A stretch of 64,000 bases of DNA from Escherichia coli (GCF_044647545.1 NZ_CP172818.1); one strand, 5' to 3'. Shown: positions 51,040-63,289, counted from the stretch's first letter. Notes: a model not told the origin generated them from the sequence alone. Numbers and translations are program-made.

Positions 51040-51267
51040 ATGAGTTTTTTTGATGAGTTGAAAACCTCTCTGGAAGAGGCTGTCGAGATTAAACAAGGTT
51101 TAAAAGAACCTGCACGGGTGACCCGCTACGAAATTGCGGATGTTAAAGCTATTCGTGAGCAACTCAACTTTCGCAAATGTGATCAAAGCCGCAACTGGCA
51201 ATCAAAGCTAAAACTGATGCGAAGAAATCCTACGGGATATTGGCCAAAAGTACTTCCACAATTATAG
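51040..51267 (+). CDS. orphan HTH (XRE/HigA-like) antitoxin-like ORF, C-terminal half degenerate; possible pseudogene or non-native sequence
   Basis: N-terminus MSFFDELKTSLEEAVEIKQGLKEPARVTRYEIADVKAIREQL resembles XRE-type antitoxins; the downstream HTH is not intact; RBS aaaggtgagg and TTGACG upstream. Confidence 0.3.
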   Translation: MSFFDELKTSLEEAVEIKQGLKEPARVTRYEIADVKAIREQLNFRKCDQSRNWQSKLKLMRRNPTGYWPKVLPQL

Positions 51268-51314
51268 AAAATCCTGCCTTTTTTCGGAACTTCCCCATTA
51301 ATATTTAACTATTA

Positions 51315-51344
51315 CCGGATGCGATGCTGGCGCGCCGCATCCGG
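51315..51344. repeat. REP-like palindromic element
   Basis: ccggatgcgatgctggcgcgccgcatccgg just downstream of the ettA stop. Confidence 0.55.
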
Positions 51345-51355
51345 CATTTTACGCA

Positions 51356-53023
51356 TTACTTCGCAATACGCTTGTACTTGATACGCTTCGGCTCCAGCGC
51401 GTCTGCGCCCAGCGTGCGTTTCTTGTACTCTTCGTACTCGGTAAAGTTACCTTCAAAGAACTCAACTTTACCTTCATCCTGGTAATCCAGAATGTGTGTG
51501 GCGATACGGTCGAGGAACCAACGGTCGTGCGAGATAACCATCGCGCAGCCCGGGAACTCCAGCAGGGCGTTTTCCAGCGCACGCAGGGTTTCGATATCCA
51601 GGTCGTTGGTCGGTTCGTCGAGCAGCAGCATGTTGCCGCCAACCTGCAGCAGCTTCGCCAGATGCAGACGACCACGCTCACCACCGGAGAGTTCGCCAAC
51701 GCGTTTACCCTGATCAACCCCTTTAAAGTTAAAGCGGCCAACGTAGGCGCGGCTTGGCATCTCGGTGTTACCGATCTTCATGATATCCAGCCCGCCGGAA
51801 ACTTCTTCCCAAACGGTTTTGCTGTTATCCATTGAGTCACGGAACTGATCGACAGATGCCAGTTTCACCGTTTCACCTAAAGTGATGGTGCCGCTGTCTG
51901 GCTGTTCCTGACCAGAGATCATACGGAACAGGGTTGATTTACCCGCGCCGTTCGGACCGATGATCCCGACGATCGCCCCTTTAGGGATCGAGAAGCTCAG
52001 ATCATCAATCAGCAGACGATCGCCGTAAGATTTACGCAGGTTGCTGACTTCCAGCACTTTATCGCCCAGACGCGGTCCAGGTGGAATAAACAGTTCGTTG
52101 GTTTCGTTACGTTTCTGATATTCGGTGCTGTTCAGCTCTTCAAAGCGCGCCAGACGTGCTTTACCTTTCGACTGACGGCCTTTAGTTCCCTGACGTACCC
52201 ACTCCAGCTCTTTCTCGATCGACTTACGACGCGCTGCTTCTTGTGAAGCTTCCTGCGCCAGACGCTGATCTTTCTGCTCCAGCCAGGAGGAGTAGTTACC
52301 TTCCCACGGAATACCTTCACCGCGGTCAAGTTCGAGGATCCAGCCTGCAACGTTATCGAGGAAGTAACGGTCGTGGGTAATCGCCACCACGGTGCCCTCG
52401 AAGTCGTGCAGGAAGCGTTCCAGCCACGCTACGGATTCGGCATCCAGGTGGTTGGTCGGTTCGTCGAGCAGCAGCATGTCTGGTTTTTCCAACAGCAGGC
52501 GGCACAATGCCACGCGACGACGCTCACCACCGGAAAGGTTAGCGATTTTCGCGTCCCAGTCCGGCAGACGCAGCGCATCCGCCGCACGCTCCAGCTGAAC
52601 GTTCAGGTTATGACCGTCATGAGCCTGAATGATCTCTTCCAGACGGCCTTGTTCAGCGGCCAGCTTGTCAAAATCGGCATCCGGATCGGCGTACAGCGCA
52701 TACACTTCATCCAGACGTTTCAGAGCGTTAACCACTTCAGAAACCGCTTCTTCAATGGACTCACGCACGGTGTGTTCCGGGTTCAGCTGAGGTTCCTGCG
52801 GCAGGTAACCAATCTTGATGTCTGGCTGCGGACGCGCTTCACCTTCGATGTCTTTATCAATGCCCGCCATAATGCGCAGCAGGGTAGACTTACCCGCGCC
52901 GTTCAGACCCAGGACACCAATTTTTGCCCCAGGGAAGAAACTCAGAGAGATGTTTTTCAAAATATGACGTTTCGGCGGAACAACTTTGCCGACACGATGC
53001 ATGGTATAAACGAATTGAGCCAC
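51356..53023 (-). CDS. ettA: energy-dependent translational throttle protein EttA (ABC-F ATPase)
   Basis: 555-aa ORF MAQFVYTMHRVGKVVPPKRHILKNISL with two ABC cassettes. Confidence 0.9.
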   Translation of the reverse strand: MAQFVYTMHRVGKVVPPKRHILKNISLSFFPGAKIGVLGLNGAGKSTLLRIMAGIDKDIEGEARPQPDIKIGYLPQEPQLNPEHTVRESIEEAVSEVVNALKRLDEVYALYADPDADFDKLAAEQGRLEEIIQAHDGHNLNVQLERAADALRLPDWDAKIANLSGGERRRVALCRLLLEKPDMLLLDEPTNHLDAESVAWLERFLHDFEGTVVAITHDRYFLDNVAGWILELDRGEGIPWEGNYSSWLEQKDQRLAQEASQEAARRKSIEKELEWVRQGTKGRQSKGKARLARFEELNSTEYQKRNETNELFIPPGPRLGDKVLEVSNLRKSYGDRLLIDDLSFSIPKGAIVGIIGPNGAGKSTLFRMISGQEQPDSGTITLGETVKLASVDQFRDSMDNSKTVWEEVSGGLDIMKIGNTEMPSRAYVGRFNFKGVDQGKRVGELSGGERGRLHLAKLLQVGGNMLLLDEPTNDLDIETLRALENALLEFPGCAMVISHDRWFLDRIATHILDYQDEGKVEFFEGNFTEYEEYKKRTLGADALEPKRIKYKRIAK

Positions 53024-53233
53024 GTTGGACTTCGCCTCTATGTTTATCGTGATGATGAGTTTTCAAAGGCGAAGTGTAGCCTGTTTCCTTATCTAATCCC
53101 AGCCGGTCGATCACCCTCGCAGTAAAAGTAAAAAAGTGTCCGTAACGTGGCGTAAACGGCAATGACTGGTTAGCATAAATCTATTACGCGGCATGACGCT
53201 GCATTGATGTATTGACACTTAGAGGATGCGCTT

Positions 53234-55171
53234 GTGGAAAAAGCCAAACACGTTACCTGGCGGCTGTTGGCTGTCGGTGTCTGTCTGCTGACGGTCAGCA
53301 GCGTGGCGCGAGCCGACTCACTGGATGAGCAGCGTAGCCGTTACGCGCAAATTAAGCAGGCCTGGGATAATCGACAAATGGATGTGGTCGAACAAATGAT
53401 GCCTGGACTGAAGGATTATCCACTTTATCCCTATCTGGAATACCGCCAGATCACCGATGACCTGATGAATCAACCGGCGGTGACGGTCACTAACTTTGTT
53501 CGCGCTAACCCCACGCTTCCTCCCGCTCGCACGCTGCAATCTCGTTTCGTCAATGAACTGGCGCGGCGTGAAGACTGGCGTGGTTTGTTAGCCTTTAGCC
53601 CGGAAAAGCCCGGAACTACCGAAGCGCAATGTAATTACTACTATGCGAAATGGAACACCGGGCAGAGTGAAGAAGCCTGGCAAGGGGCGAAAGAGCTGTG
53701 GCTAACCGGCAAGAGCCAGCCTAACGCCTGTGACAAGTTATTTAGCGTCTGGCGTGCGTCAGGCAAACAAGATCCGCTGGCGTATCTGGAGCGTATCCGT
53801 CTGGCGATGAAAGCGGGTAACACAGGCCTGGTGACAGTGCTGGCAGGGCAGATGCCTGCTGATTACCAGACTATCGCCTCGGCGATTATTTCTCTGGCGA
53901 ACAACCCTAATACGGTACTGACCTTCGCGCGTACAACCGGTGCGACCGATTTTACCCGTCAAATGGCGGCGGTGGCGTTTGCCAGCGTGGCGCGGCAGGA
54001 TGCTGAAAATGCACGGCTGATGATTCCATCGCTTGCTCAGGCACAGCAGCTTAATGAAGATCAGATTCAGGAACTGCGCGATATCGTCGCCTGGCGTTTG
54101 ATGGGCAACGATGTCACCGACGAGCAGGCGAAATGGCGCGATGACGCCATTATGCGCTCGCAATCCACCTCGTTGATTGAACGCCGAGTGCGGATGGCGC
54201 TTGGCACTGGCGATCGGCGTGGCCTGAATACCTGGCTGGCGCGTTTGCCGATGGAAGCGAAAGAGAAAGATGAATGGCGTTACTGGCAGGCCGATTTATT
54301 GCTGGAACGCGGACGCGAAGCTGAAGCGAAAGAGATTCTGCATCAACTCATGCAACAGCGTGGTTTCTACCCGATGGTTGCTGCACAGCGCATCGGCGAA
54401 GAGTATGAGCTGAAGATTGATAAAGCGCCGCAGAATGTTGACAGCACCCTGACTCAGGGGCCGGAGATGGCGCGCGTGCGCGAGTTGATGTACTGGAATC
54501 TCGATAACACCGCGCGCAGCGAGTGGGCCAATCTGGTGAAGAGCAAGTCAAAAACAGAGCAGGCACAGCTGGCACGGTATGCTTTCAACAACCAATGGTG
54601 GGATCTCAGCGTTCAGGCGACGATCGCCGGGAAGTTGTGGGATCATCTGGAAGAACGATTCCCACTGGCCTACAACGATCTCTTCGAACGTTACACCAAC
54701 GGCAAAGACATCCCGCAAAGCTATGCAATGGCGATTGCCCGTCAGGAGAGCGCCTGGAATCCGAAAGTGAAGTCACCGGTAGGGGCCAGCGGGCTGATGC
54801 AGATTATGCCTGGTACGGCGACCCATACGGTGAAGATGTTCTCTATTCCTGGCTACAGCAGCCCTGGGCAATTGCTGGATCCGGAAACGAACATCAACAT
54901 CGGCACCAGTTACCTGCAATATGTTTATCAGCAGTTTGGCAATAACCGTATTTTCGCCTCAGCAGCTTATAACGCCGGACCTGGACGAGTGCGCACCTGG
55001 CTCGGCAACAGCGCTGGTCGTATCGACGCAGTGGCATTTGTCGAGAGTATTCCGTTCTCCGAGACGCGCGGTTATGTGAAGAACGTGCTGGCTTATGACG
55101 CTTACTACCGCTATTTCATGGGGGATAAACCAACGTTGATGAGCGCCACGGAATGGGGACGTCGTTACTGA
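53234..55171 (+). CDS. slt: soluble lytic murein transglycosylase Slt70
   Basis: 645-aa ORF with signal peptide and C-terminal lysozyme-like domain (ESAWNP...GLMQIMP). Confidence 0.9.
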   Translation: MEKAKHVTWRLLAVGVCLLTVSSVARADSLDEQRSRYAQIKQAWDNRQMDVVEQMMPGLKDYPLYPYLEYRQITDDLMNQPAVTVTNFVRANPTLPPARTLQSRFVNELARREDWRGLLAFSPEKPGTTEAQCNYYYAKWNTGQSEEAWQGAKELWLTGKSQPNACDKLFSVWRASGKQDPLAYLERIRLAMKAGNTGLVTVLAGQMPADYQTIASAIISLANNPNTVLTFARTTGATDFTRQMAAVAFASVARQDAENARLMIPSLAQAQQLNEDQIQELRDIVAWRLMGNDVTDEQAKWRDDAIMRSQSTSLIERRVRMALGTGDRRGLNTWLARLPMEAKEKDEWRYWQADLLLERGREAEAKEILHQLMQQRGFYPMVAAQRIGEEYELKIDKAPQNVDSTLTQGPEMARVRELMYWNLDNTARSEWANLVKSKSKTEQAQLARYAFNNQWWDLSVQATIAGKLWDHLEERFPLAYNDLFERYTNGKDIPQSYAMAIARQESAWNPKVKSPVGASGLMQIMPGTATHTVKMFSIPGYSSPGQLLDPETNINIGTSYLQYVYQQFGNNRIFASAAYNAGPGRVRTWLGNSAGRIDAVAFVESIPFSETRGYVKNVLAYDAYYRYFMGDKPTLMSATEWGRRY

Positions 55172-55245
55172 TCCGCACGTTTATGATATGCTATCGTACT
55201 CTTTAGCGAGTACAACCGGGGGAGGCATTTTGCTTCCCCCGCTAA

Positions 55246-56105
<860 letters not shown>

Positions 56106-56144
56106 TCAGAAAATTAACGTTACAGCAGTATACGGAAAAAAAGC

Positions 56145-56792
56145 ATGTTACAGGTATACCTAGTCCGCCATGGTGAAACGCAGTGGAACGCCGAGCGACG
56201 TATTCAGGGCCAGTCTGACAGCCCGCTGACTGCCAAAGGTGAGCAACAGGCGATGCAGGTGGCGACCCGTGCCAAAGAGCTTGGCATTACGCATATCATC
56301 AGTAGCGATTTAGGACGCACCCGCCGCACGGCGGAAATCATCGCCCAGGCCTGCGGCTGCGATATTCTCCTTGATCCTCGTCTGCGTGAATTAAATATGG
56401 GTGTACTGGAAACAAGAAATATCGATTCACTCACCGAAGAAGAAGAAAACTGGCGTCGCCAGCTGGTCAATGGCACTGTCGACGGACGTATTCCTGAAGG
56501 CGAGTCTATGCAGGAGCTCAGCGATCGCGTCAATGCGGCACTGGAATCTTGCCGGGACTTACCGCAGGGAAGCCGACCGCTGCTGGTGAGCCACGGTATT
56601 GCACTGGGATGCCTGGTGAGTACGATTCTCGGATTACCAGCATGGGCAGAGCGTCGCTTACGTCTGCGTAACTGTTCTATTTCGCGCGTGGATTATCAGG
56701 AAAGCTTGTGGCTGGCGTCTGGCTGGGTCGTTGAAACCGCAGGGGACATCTCGCATCTGGACGCCCCTGCATTAGATGAGCTGCAGCGTTAA
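56145..56792 (+). CDS. gpmB: phosphoglycerate mutase family protein GpmB
   Basis: 215-aa ORF with histidine phosphatase motif RHGETQWN. Confidence 0.9.
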   Translation: MLQVYLVRHGETQWNAERRIQGQSDSPLTAKGEQQAMQVATRAKELGITHIISSDLGRTRRTAEIIAQACGCDILLDPRLRELNMGVLETRNIDSLTEEEENWRRQLVNGTVDGRIPEGESMQELSDRVNAALESCRDLPQGSRPLLVSHGIALGCLVSTILGLPAWAERRLRLRNCSISRVDYQESLWLASGWVVETAGDISHLDAPALDELQR

Positions 56793-57658
56793 CGACGGAT
56801 CGGAATCAGCAGTTCACAGCGTAGATTAATTGGGCGATCTCCCGCTTTGGCATCTTCTGCCGGGTAGTATCGCTCAATATCCTGACCTTTACGGCGCGTC
56901 AGGTTGAGCATTGGCATGCACGTTCCGTATACCGTCAGGATAAACTCCTGCACGCCGGTTCCCAGACCTTCATAGGTAAACATCACATATTCGCCGCCCT
57001 GCAGCATCACCGGATGCCCCGTCAGTACATAGCCATCTGCCTGATCCTGGGCTAACGCGGTGGTATAGAATACCTCTTGTTCGTCGTCTTTATCCTGACT
57101 CGGACGCGTTTCATTCAGGCCGTAGAGCACCGGCGGAATGGTCGGCGCGTTGCCGAGAAAATCGTGCCAGAACTGATAACGCATTTCATGGCGGAAATCA
57201 GAGATTTGCTCCAGCGAACAGGAGTAGCTCTGGGTAACACCAATCAGCGGCGTATCTTCCAGGGTGACAAATTTGTGCTCTGGCATAGTGAATTCACCCA
57301 GGCGTAGCGGCGGGCGAATACCAAAGGCGCTCCATTCAGGAGAACGGCGGTAAAGTGCAGGAGTCTGGGCAAACTGCTTCTTGAATGCGCGGGTAAATGT
57401 CTGTTGAGAGTCGAAGCGGTATTGCAGCGCGATGTCCAGAATCGGACGCGCAGTCAGGCGTAGTGCGACCGCCGATTTCGACAAACGACGAGCACGAATA
57501 TACGCGCCAATAGCATGGCCAGTGACATCTTTAAACATTCTCTGTAAGTGCCACTTGGAATAACCTGCTTTCGCCGCTACATTGTCGAGCGACAGGGGCT
57601 GATCCAGATGACCTTCCAGCCAGATTAAAAGGTCGCGAATAATGCCGGCCTGATCCAT
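56789..57658 (-). CDS. rob: AraC/XylS-family right-origin-binding protein Rob
   Basis: 289-aa ORF with N-terminal AraC HTH pair and GyrI-like C-terminus. Confidence 0.9.
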   Translation of the reverse strand: MDQAGIIRDLLIWLEGHLDQPLSLDNVAAKAGYSKWHLQRMFKDVTGHAIGAYIRARRLSKSAVALRLTARPILDIALQYRFDSQQTFTRAFKKQFAQTPALYRRSPEWSAFGIRPPLRLGEFTMPEHKFVTLEDTPLIGVTQSYSCSLEQISDFRHEMRYQFWHDFLGNAPTIPPVLYGLNETRPSQDKDDEQEVFYTTALAQDQADGYVLTGHPVMLQGGEYVMFTYEGLGTGVQEFILTVYGTCMPMLNLTRRKGQDIERYYPAEDAKAGDRPINLRCELLIPIRR

Positions 57659-57868
57659 AAAATATCCTCATCCTTTCAACAACGAGCACCTGACATCAGG
57701 TAATTGGATAATAGCATTTTTTGCTGTTTTAGCATTCAGTGTTTTTTTCTTAGTAGAGTATGTTTTAGGACTTGACGGAAATAAAAGTATTGAGATTTTG
57801 TTCTTAATCAATATGTTATTTACCGTGACGAACTAATTGCTCGTGTAATAGATAAAAATGGTAACAAT

Positions 57869-58342
57869 ATGAAATACAAGCATTTGATCCTGTCTTTAAG
57901 CCTGATAATGCTGGGGCCATTGGCTCATGCAGAAGAGATTGGTTCGGTCGACACCGTATTTAAAATGATCGGCCCGGATCACAAAATTGTTGTGGAAGCC
58001 TTTGATGATCCCGATGTGAAAAATGTCACCTGTTATGTGAGCCGGGCGAAAACCGGTGGTATTAAAGGGGGATTGGGTCTGGCGGAAGATACCTCCGATG
58101 CGGCCATTTCTTGTCAGCAAGTCGGGCCGATTGAACTGTCGGATCGTATTAAAAACGGCAAAGCTCAGGGCGAGGTAGTATTCAAAAAACGCACGTCCCT
58201 GGTCTTTAAGTCGTTACAGGTCGTGCGCTTTTATGACGCTAAACGCAACGCGCTCGCTTATCTGGCTTACTCCGACAAAGTTGTAGAAGGTTCGCCGAAA
58301 AACGCGATTAGCGCGGTTCCTGTCATGCCGTGGCGGCAATAA
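57869..58342 (+). CDS. creA: periplasmic protein CreA
   Basis: 157-aa ORF with signal peptide, immediately upstream of creBC. Confidence 0.85.
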
Positions 58343-58354
58343 CAGAGGCGATTT

Positions 58355-59044
58355 ATGCAACGGGAAACGGTCTGGTTAGTAGAAGACGAGCAAGGGATAG
58401 CCGATACTCTGGTCTACATGTTGCAACAGGAAGGTTTTGACGTCGAGGTCTTTGAGCGAGGCTTGCCAGTGCTGGATAAAGCTCGCCAGCAGGTTCCCGA
58501 TGTCATGATTCTCGATGTTGGTCTGCCGGATATTAGCGGCTTTGAATTGTGCCGCCAGTTACTGGCGCTCCATCCGGCGTTACCTGTACTGTTCCTGACG
58601 GCCCGAAGTGAAGAGGTCGATCGCCTGCTTGGGCTGGAAATTGGTGCTGACGACTACGTGGCTAAACCGTTTTCACCCCGCGAAGTGTGCGCCAGGGTGC
58701 GCACCTTACTGCGTCGGGTGAAGAAGTTCTCGACGCCGTCTCCCGTCATCCGTATTGGACATTTTGAATTGAATGAACCCGCGGCGCAGATCAGCTGGTT
58801 TGACACGCCATTAACGCTGACGCGGTATGAGTTTTTATTGCTGAAGACGTTACTCAAGTCGCCAGGCCGCGTCTGGTCCCGCCAGCAACTGATGGATAGC
58901 GTGTGGGAAGATGCGCAGGACACCTACGATCGCACCGTCGATACCCACATTAAAACGCTGCGTGCCAAGCTGCGCGCCATCAACCCCGATCTTTCACCGA
59001 TTAATACTCATCGCGGCATGGGATATAGCCTGAGGGGCCTGTAA
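58355..59044 (+). CDS. creB: two-component response regulator CreB (OmpR family)
   Basis: 229-aa ORF with receiver domain and winged-helix C-terminus. Confidence 0.9.
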   Translation: MQRETVWLVEDEQGIADTLVYMLQQEGFDVEVFERGLPVLDKARQQVPDVMILDVGLPDISGFELCRQLLALHPALPVLFLTARSEEVDRLLGLEIGADDYVAKPFSPREVCARVRTLLRRVKKFSTPSPVIRIGHFELNEPAAQISWFDTPLTLTRYEFLLLKTLLKSPGRVWSRQQLMDSVWEDAQDTYDRTVDTHIKTLRAKLRAINPDLSPINTHRGMGYSLRGL

Positions 59045-60468
59045 TGCGTATCGGCATGCGGTTGTTGCTGGGCTATTTTTTACTGGTGGCGGTGGCAGCC
59101 TGGTTCGTACTGGCCATTTTTGTCAAAGAAGTTAAACCGGGCGTGCGAAGAGCAACGGAGGGGACGTTGATCGACACCGCAACGTTGCTGGCGGAGCTGG
59201 CGCGTCCCGATTTGCTCTCTGGGGACCCAACGCATGGGCAACTGGCGCAGGCGTTTAATCAGCTACAACATCGCCCGTTTCGCGCCAATATCGGTGGCAT
59301 TAACAAAGTGCGAAACGAATATCATGTCTATATGACCGATGCGCAGGGCAAAGTATTGTTCGATTCGGCAAATAAAGCCGTTGGACAGGATTATTCGCGC
59401 TGGAATGACGTCTGGCTAACGTTGCGTGGTCAGTATGGTGCGCGCAGCACGTTGCAAAATCCTGCCGATCCCGAAAGTTCTGTGATGTATGTTGCCGCAC
59501 CGATTATGGACGGCTCGCGGCTTATTGGCGTTTTGAGCGTAGGCAAACCGAACGCGGCGATGGCTCCGGTCATTAAGCGTAGCGAGCGGCGAATTTTATG
59601 GGCCAGCGCCATTTTGTTGGGGATTGCACTGGTGATTGGCGCAGGCATGGTTTGGTGGATCAACCGCTCTATTGCCCGGCTCACTCGCTATGCTGATTCC
59701 GTCACTGACAATAAGCCCGTTCCTCTCCCCGATCTCGGTAGTAGCGAGTTGCGTAAACTCGCGCAGGCGCTGGAAAGTATGCGCGTGAAGCTGGAAGGGA
59801 AAAACTATATTGAGCAGTATGTTTACGCATTAACTCATGAGCTAAAAAGCCCACTGGCGGCGATTCGTGGAGCGGCGGAAATTTTACGCGAAGGTCCGCC
59901 GCCGGAAGTGGTGGCTCGTTTTACTGACAACATTCTGACGCAAAATACGCGTATGCAGGCGCTGGTGGAAACGTTACTACGCCAGGCAAGACTGGAGAAT
60001 CGTCAGGAAGTCGTTCTGACTGCTGTTGATGTGGCGGCATTATTTCGCCGCGTCAGCGAAGCGCGCACCGTGCAGTTGGCAGAAAAAAAAATCACTCTGC
60101 ATGTTACGCCCACCGAGGTTAACGTTGCTGCTGAACCGGCGTTACTGGAGCAGGCGCTGGGAAATTTACTGGATAACGCCATCGATTTTACCCCCGAGAG
60201 CGGTTGCATCACGCTAAGCGCCGAAGTGGATCAGGAACACGTCACGCTTAAGGTGCTGGATACCGGTAGTGGTATTCCTGACTACGCGCTTTCACGTATT
60301 TTTGAACGCTTTTACTCTTTGCCTCGTGCAAATGGGCAAAAAAGCAGCGGTCTGGGGTTGGCGTTCGTCAGTGAGGTCGCCCGTTTGTTTAACGGCGAAG
60401 TCACGCTGCGCAACGTGCAGGAAGGTGGCGTGCTGGCCTCGCTTCGACTTCACCGTCACTTCACATAG
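59044..60468 (+). CDS. creC: sensor histidine kinase CreC
   Basis: 474-aa ORF with two TM segments, H-box LTHELKSPLAAIRG and HATPase domain. Confidence 0.9.
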   Translation: MRIGMRLLLGYFLLVAVAAWFVLAIFVKEVKPGVRRATEGTLIDTATLLAELARPDLLSGDPTHGQLAQAFNQLQHRPFRANIGGINKVRNEYHVYMTDAQGKVLFDSANKAVGQDYSRWNDVWLTLRGQYGARSTLQNPADPESSVMYVAAPIMDGSRLIGVLSVGKPNAAMAPVIKRSERRILWASAILLGIALVIGAGMVWWINRSIARLTRYADSVTDNKPVPLPDLGSSELRKLAQALESMRVKLEGKNYIEQYVYALTHELKSPLAAIRGAAEILREGPPPEVVARFTDNILTQNTRMQALVETLLRQARLENRQEVVLTAVDVAALFRRVSEARTVQLAEKKITLHVTPTEVNVAAEPALLEQALGNLLDNAIDFTPESGCITLSAEVDQEHVTLKVLDTGSGIPDYALSRIFERFYSLPRANGQKSSGLGLAFVSEVARLFNGEVTLRNVQEGGVLASLRLHRHFT

Positions 60469-60525
60469 CTTCAAATTCTTCCCACATAGCCTTCGTATCC
60501 TGCTGCCATTGCAAAGGAGAAGACT

Positions 60526-61878
60526 ATGTTGAAATCCCCCCTGTTCTGGAAAATGACCACCCTGTTTGGTGCAGTATTGCTGTTGTTGATTCCGATAATG
60601 CTGATTCGGCAGGTGATTGTCGAACGTGCTGATTACCGTAGCGATGTGGAAGATGCGATTCGCCAAAGTACCAGCGGGCCGCAAAAACTCGTTGGGCCGC
60701 TCATCGCTATTCCTGTGACCGAGCTTTATACGGTGCAGGAAGAGGATAAAACCGTGGAGCGGAAACGAAGTTTTATCCATTTTTGGTTACCTGAGTCATT
60801 GATGGTTGATGGCAATCAGAACGTGGAAGAACGCAAGATAGGGATTTATACCGGTCAGGTCTGGCACAGTGATTTAACGCTAAAAGCCGATTTCGATGTT
60901 TCGCGTCTTAGCGAACTCAACGCGCCAAATATCACCTTAGGCAAGCCCTTTATTGTGATTAGCGTCGGGGATGCGCGTGGTATTGGTGTGGTGAAAGCGC
61001 CTGAAGTTAACGGAACGGCGCTGACCATTGAACCCGGCACCGGGTTAGAGCAAGGCGGGCAGGGCGTGCATATCCCTTTACCCGAAGGGGACTGGCGAAA
61101 GCAGAACCTGAAGCTGGATATGGCACTGAATTTAAGCGGTACCGGCGATCTTTCTGTGGTGCCTGCTGGGCGTAATAGCGAAATGACCTTAACCAGCAAC
61201 TGGCCGCATCCCAGTTTTTTAGGTGATTTTCTACCAGCCAAACGGGAAGTTAGCGAGTCAGGTTTTCAGGCGCACTGGCAAAGCAGCTGGTTTGCTAATA
61301 ATCTCGGTGAGCGTTTTGCTTCAGGCAATGATACCGGCTGGGAAAACTTCCCGGCGTTTAGCGTCGCAGTAACGACGCCAGCCGATCAATACCAATTAAC
61401 TGACCGGGCGACTAAGTACGCCATTCTGCTGATTGCGCTGACTTTTATGGCGTTCTTTGTTTTTGAAACGCTCACCGCGCAACGTTTACACCCAATGCAA
61501 TATTTGCTGGTGGGGCTTTCATTGGTGATGTTTTATTTGCTCTTGCTGGCGCTTTCTGAACATGCCGGTTTTACCGTGGCATGGATAATCGCCAGTCTGA
61601 TTGGGGCGTTAATGAACGGTATTTATTTGCAGGCGGTATTGAAAGGTTGGCGCAACAGCATGTTGTTTACCCTCGCGCTGTTGTTGCTGGATGGTGTGAT
61701 GTGGGGACTGCTCAACTCTGCCGATAGCGCGCTGTTGTTGGGAACCAGTGTGCTGGTGGTGGCGCTGGCCGGCATGATGTTTGTGACCCGTAATATCGAC
61801 TGGTATGCGTTTTCACTGCCGAAAATGAAAGCCAGTAAAGAAGTTACAACGGACGATGAGTTACGTATCTGGAAATAA
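60526..61878 (+). CDS. creD: inner membrane protein CreD
   Basis: 450-aa ORF with multiple TM segments. Confidence 0.9.
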   Translation: MLKSPLFWKMTTLFGAVLLLLIPIMLIRQVIVERADYRSDVEDAIRQSTSGPQKLVGPLIAIPVTELYTVQEEDKTVERKRSFIHFWLPESLMVDGNQNVEERKIGIYTGQVWHSDLTLKADFDVSRLSELNAPNITLGKPFIVISVGDARGIGVVKAPEVNGTALTIEPGTGLEQGGQGVHIPLPEGDWRKQNLKLDMALNLSGTGDLSVVPAGRNSEMTLTSNWPHPSFLGDFLPAKREVSESGFQAHWQSSWFANNLGERFASGNDTGWENFPAFSVAVTTPADQYQLTDRATKYAILLIALTFMAFFVFETLTAQRLHPMQYLLVGLSLVMFYLLLLALSEHAGFTVAWIIASLIGALMNGIYLQAVLKGWRNSMLFTLALLLLDGVMWGLLNSADSALLLGTSVLVVALAGMMFVTRNIDWYAFSLPKMKASKEVTTDDELRIWK

Positions 61879-61889
61879 GGTTGAAAAAT

Positions 61890-61920
61890 AAAAACGGCGC
61901 TAAAAAGCGCCGTTTTTTTT
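61890..61920. terminator. bidirectional intrinsic terminator between creD and arcA
   Basis: aaaacggcgc-taaaa-agcgccgtttttttt with A and T runs on both sides. Confidence 0.8.
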
Positions 61921-61937
61921 GACGGTGGTAAAGCCGA

Positions 61938-62654
61938 TTAATCTTCCAGATCACCGCAGAAGCGATAACCTTCACCGTGAATGGTGGCGATGATTTCCGG
62001 CGTATCCGGCGTAGATTCGAAATGTTTACGAATACGGCGGATCGTCACGTCTACAGTACGGTCGTGCGGTTTCAGCTCACGGCCGGTCATTTTCTTCAGC
62101 AGTTCAGCACGGGACTGAATTTTGCCTGGGTTTTCACAGAAGTGAAGCATGGCGCGGAACTCGCTGCGCGGCAGCTTGTACTGCTCGCCATCAGGGCCGA
62201 TCAACGAACGGCTGTTGATGTCCAGTTCCCAACCATTGAACTTGTAGCTTTCAACGCTACGACGTTCTTCGCTGACAGTACCCAGATTCATGGTACGGGA
62301 CAGCAGGTTGCGTGCACGAATCGTCAGTTCACGCGGGTTGAACGGTTTGGTGATGTAGTCATCTGCACCGATTTCGAGGCCGAGAATTTTATCGACTTCG
62401 TTGTCACGGCCAGTCAGGAACATCAACGCAACATTCGCCTGCTCGCGCAGTTCACGCGCTAACAGAAGACCGTTCTTACCCGGCAGATTGATATCCATGA
62501 TCACCAGGTTGATGTCATATTCAGAGAGGATCTGATGCATTTCCGCGCCATCTGTCGCTTCGAAAACATCATAGCCTTCCGCTTCGAAAATACTTTTCAA
62601 CGTGTTGCGTGTTACCAACTCGTCTTCAACGATAAGAATGTGCGGGGTCTGCAT
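61938..62654 (-). CDS. arcA: aerobic respiration control response regulator ArcA
   Basis: 238-aa [33 protein letters not shown] recognised as ArcA. Confidence 0.95.
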
Positions 62655-62749
62655 GTTTGCTACCTAAATTGCCAACTAAATCGAAACAGGAAGTACAAAA
62701 GTCCCTGACCTGCCTGATGCATGCTGCAAATTAACATGATCGGCGTAAC

Positions 62750-62890
62750 ATGACTAAAGTACGTAATTGCGTTCTTGATGCACTTTCCATCAACGTCAAC
62801 AACATCATTAGCTTGGTCGTGGGTACTTTCCCTCAGGACCCGACAGTGTCAAAAACGGCTGTCATCCTAACCATTTTAACAGCAACATAA
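62750..62890 (+). CDS. yjjY: small protein YjjY (46 aa)
   Basis: ORF MTKVRNCVLDALSINVNNIISLVVGTFPQDPTVSKTAVILTILTAT found by direct translation; not in the supplied track because <60 aa. Confidence 0.55.
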   Translation: MTKVRNCVLDALSINVNNIISLVVGTFPQDPTVSKTAVILTILTAT

Positions 62891-63289
62891 CAGGCTAAGA
62901 GGGGCCGGACACCCAATAAAACTACGCTTCGTTGACATATATCAAGTTCAATTGTAGCACGTTAACAGTTTGATGAAATCATCGTATCTAAATGCTAGCT
63001 TTCGTCACATTATTTTAATAATCCAACTAGTTGCATCATACAACTAATAAACGTGGTGAATCCAATTGTCGAGATTTATTTTTTATAAAATTATCCTAAG
63101 TAAACAGAAGGATATGTAGCATTTTTTAACAATTAAACCGTTAGTACAGTCAGGAAATAGTTTAGCCTTTTTTAAGCTAAGTAAAGGGCTTTTTCTGCGA
63201 CTTACGTTAAGAATTTGTAAATTCGCACCGCGTAATAAGTTGACAGTGATCACCCGGTTCGCGGTTATTTGATCAAGAAGAGTGGCAAT

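Noticed and set aside
52373-53125. 250-aa ORF on the + strand
   Set aside because: Antisense to ettA; spurious.
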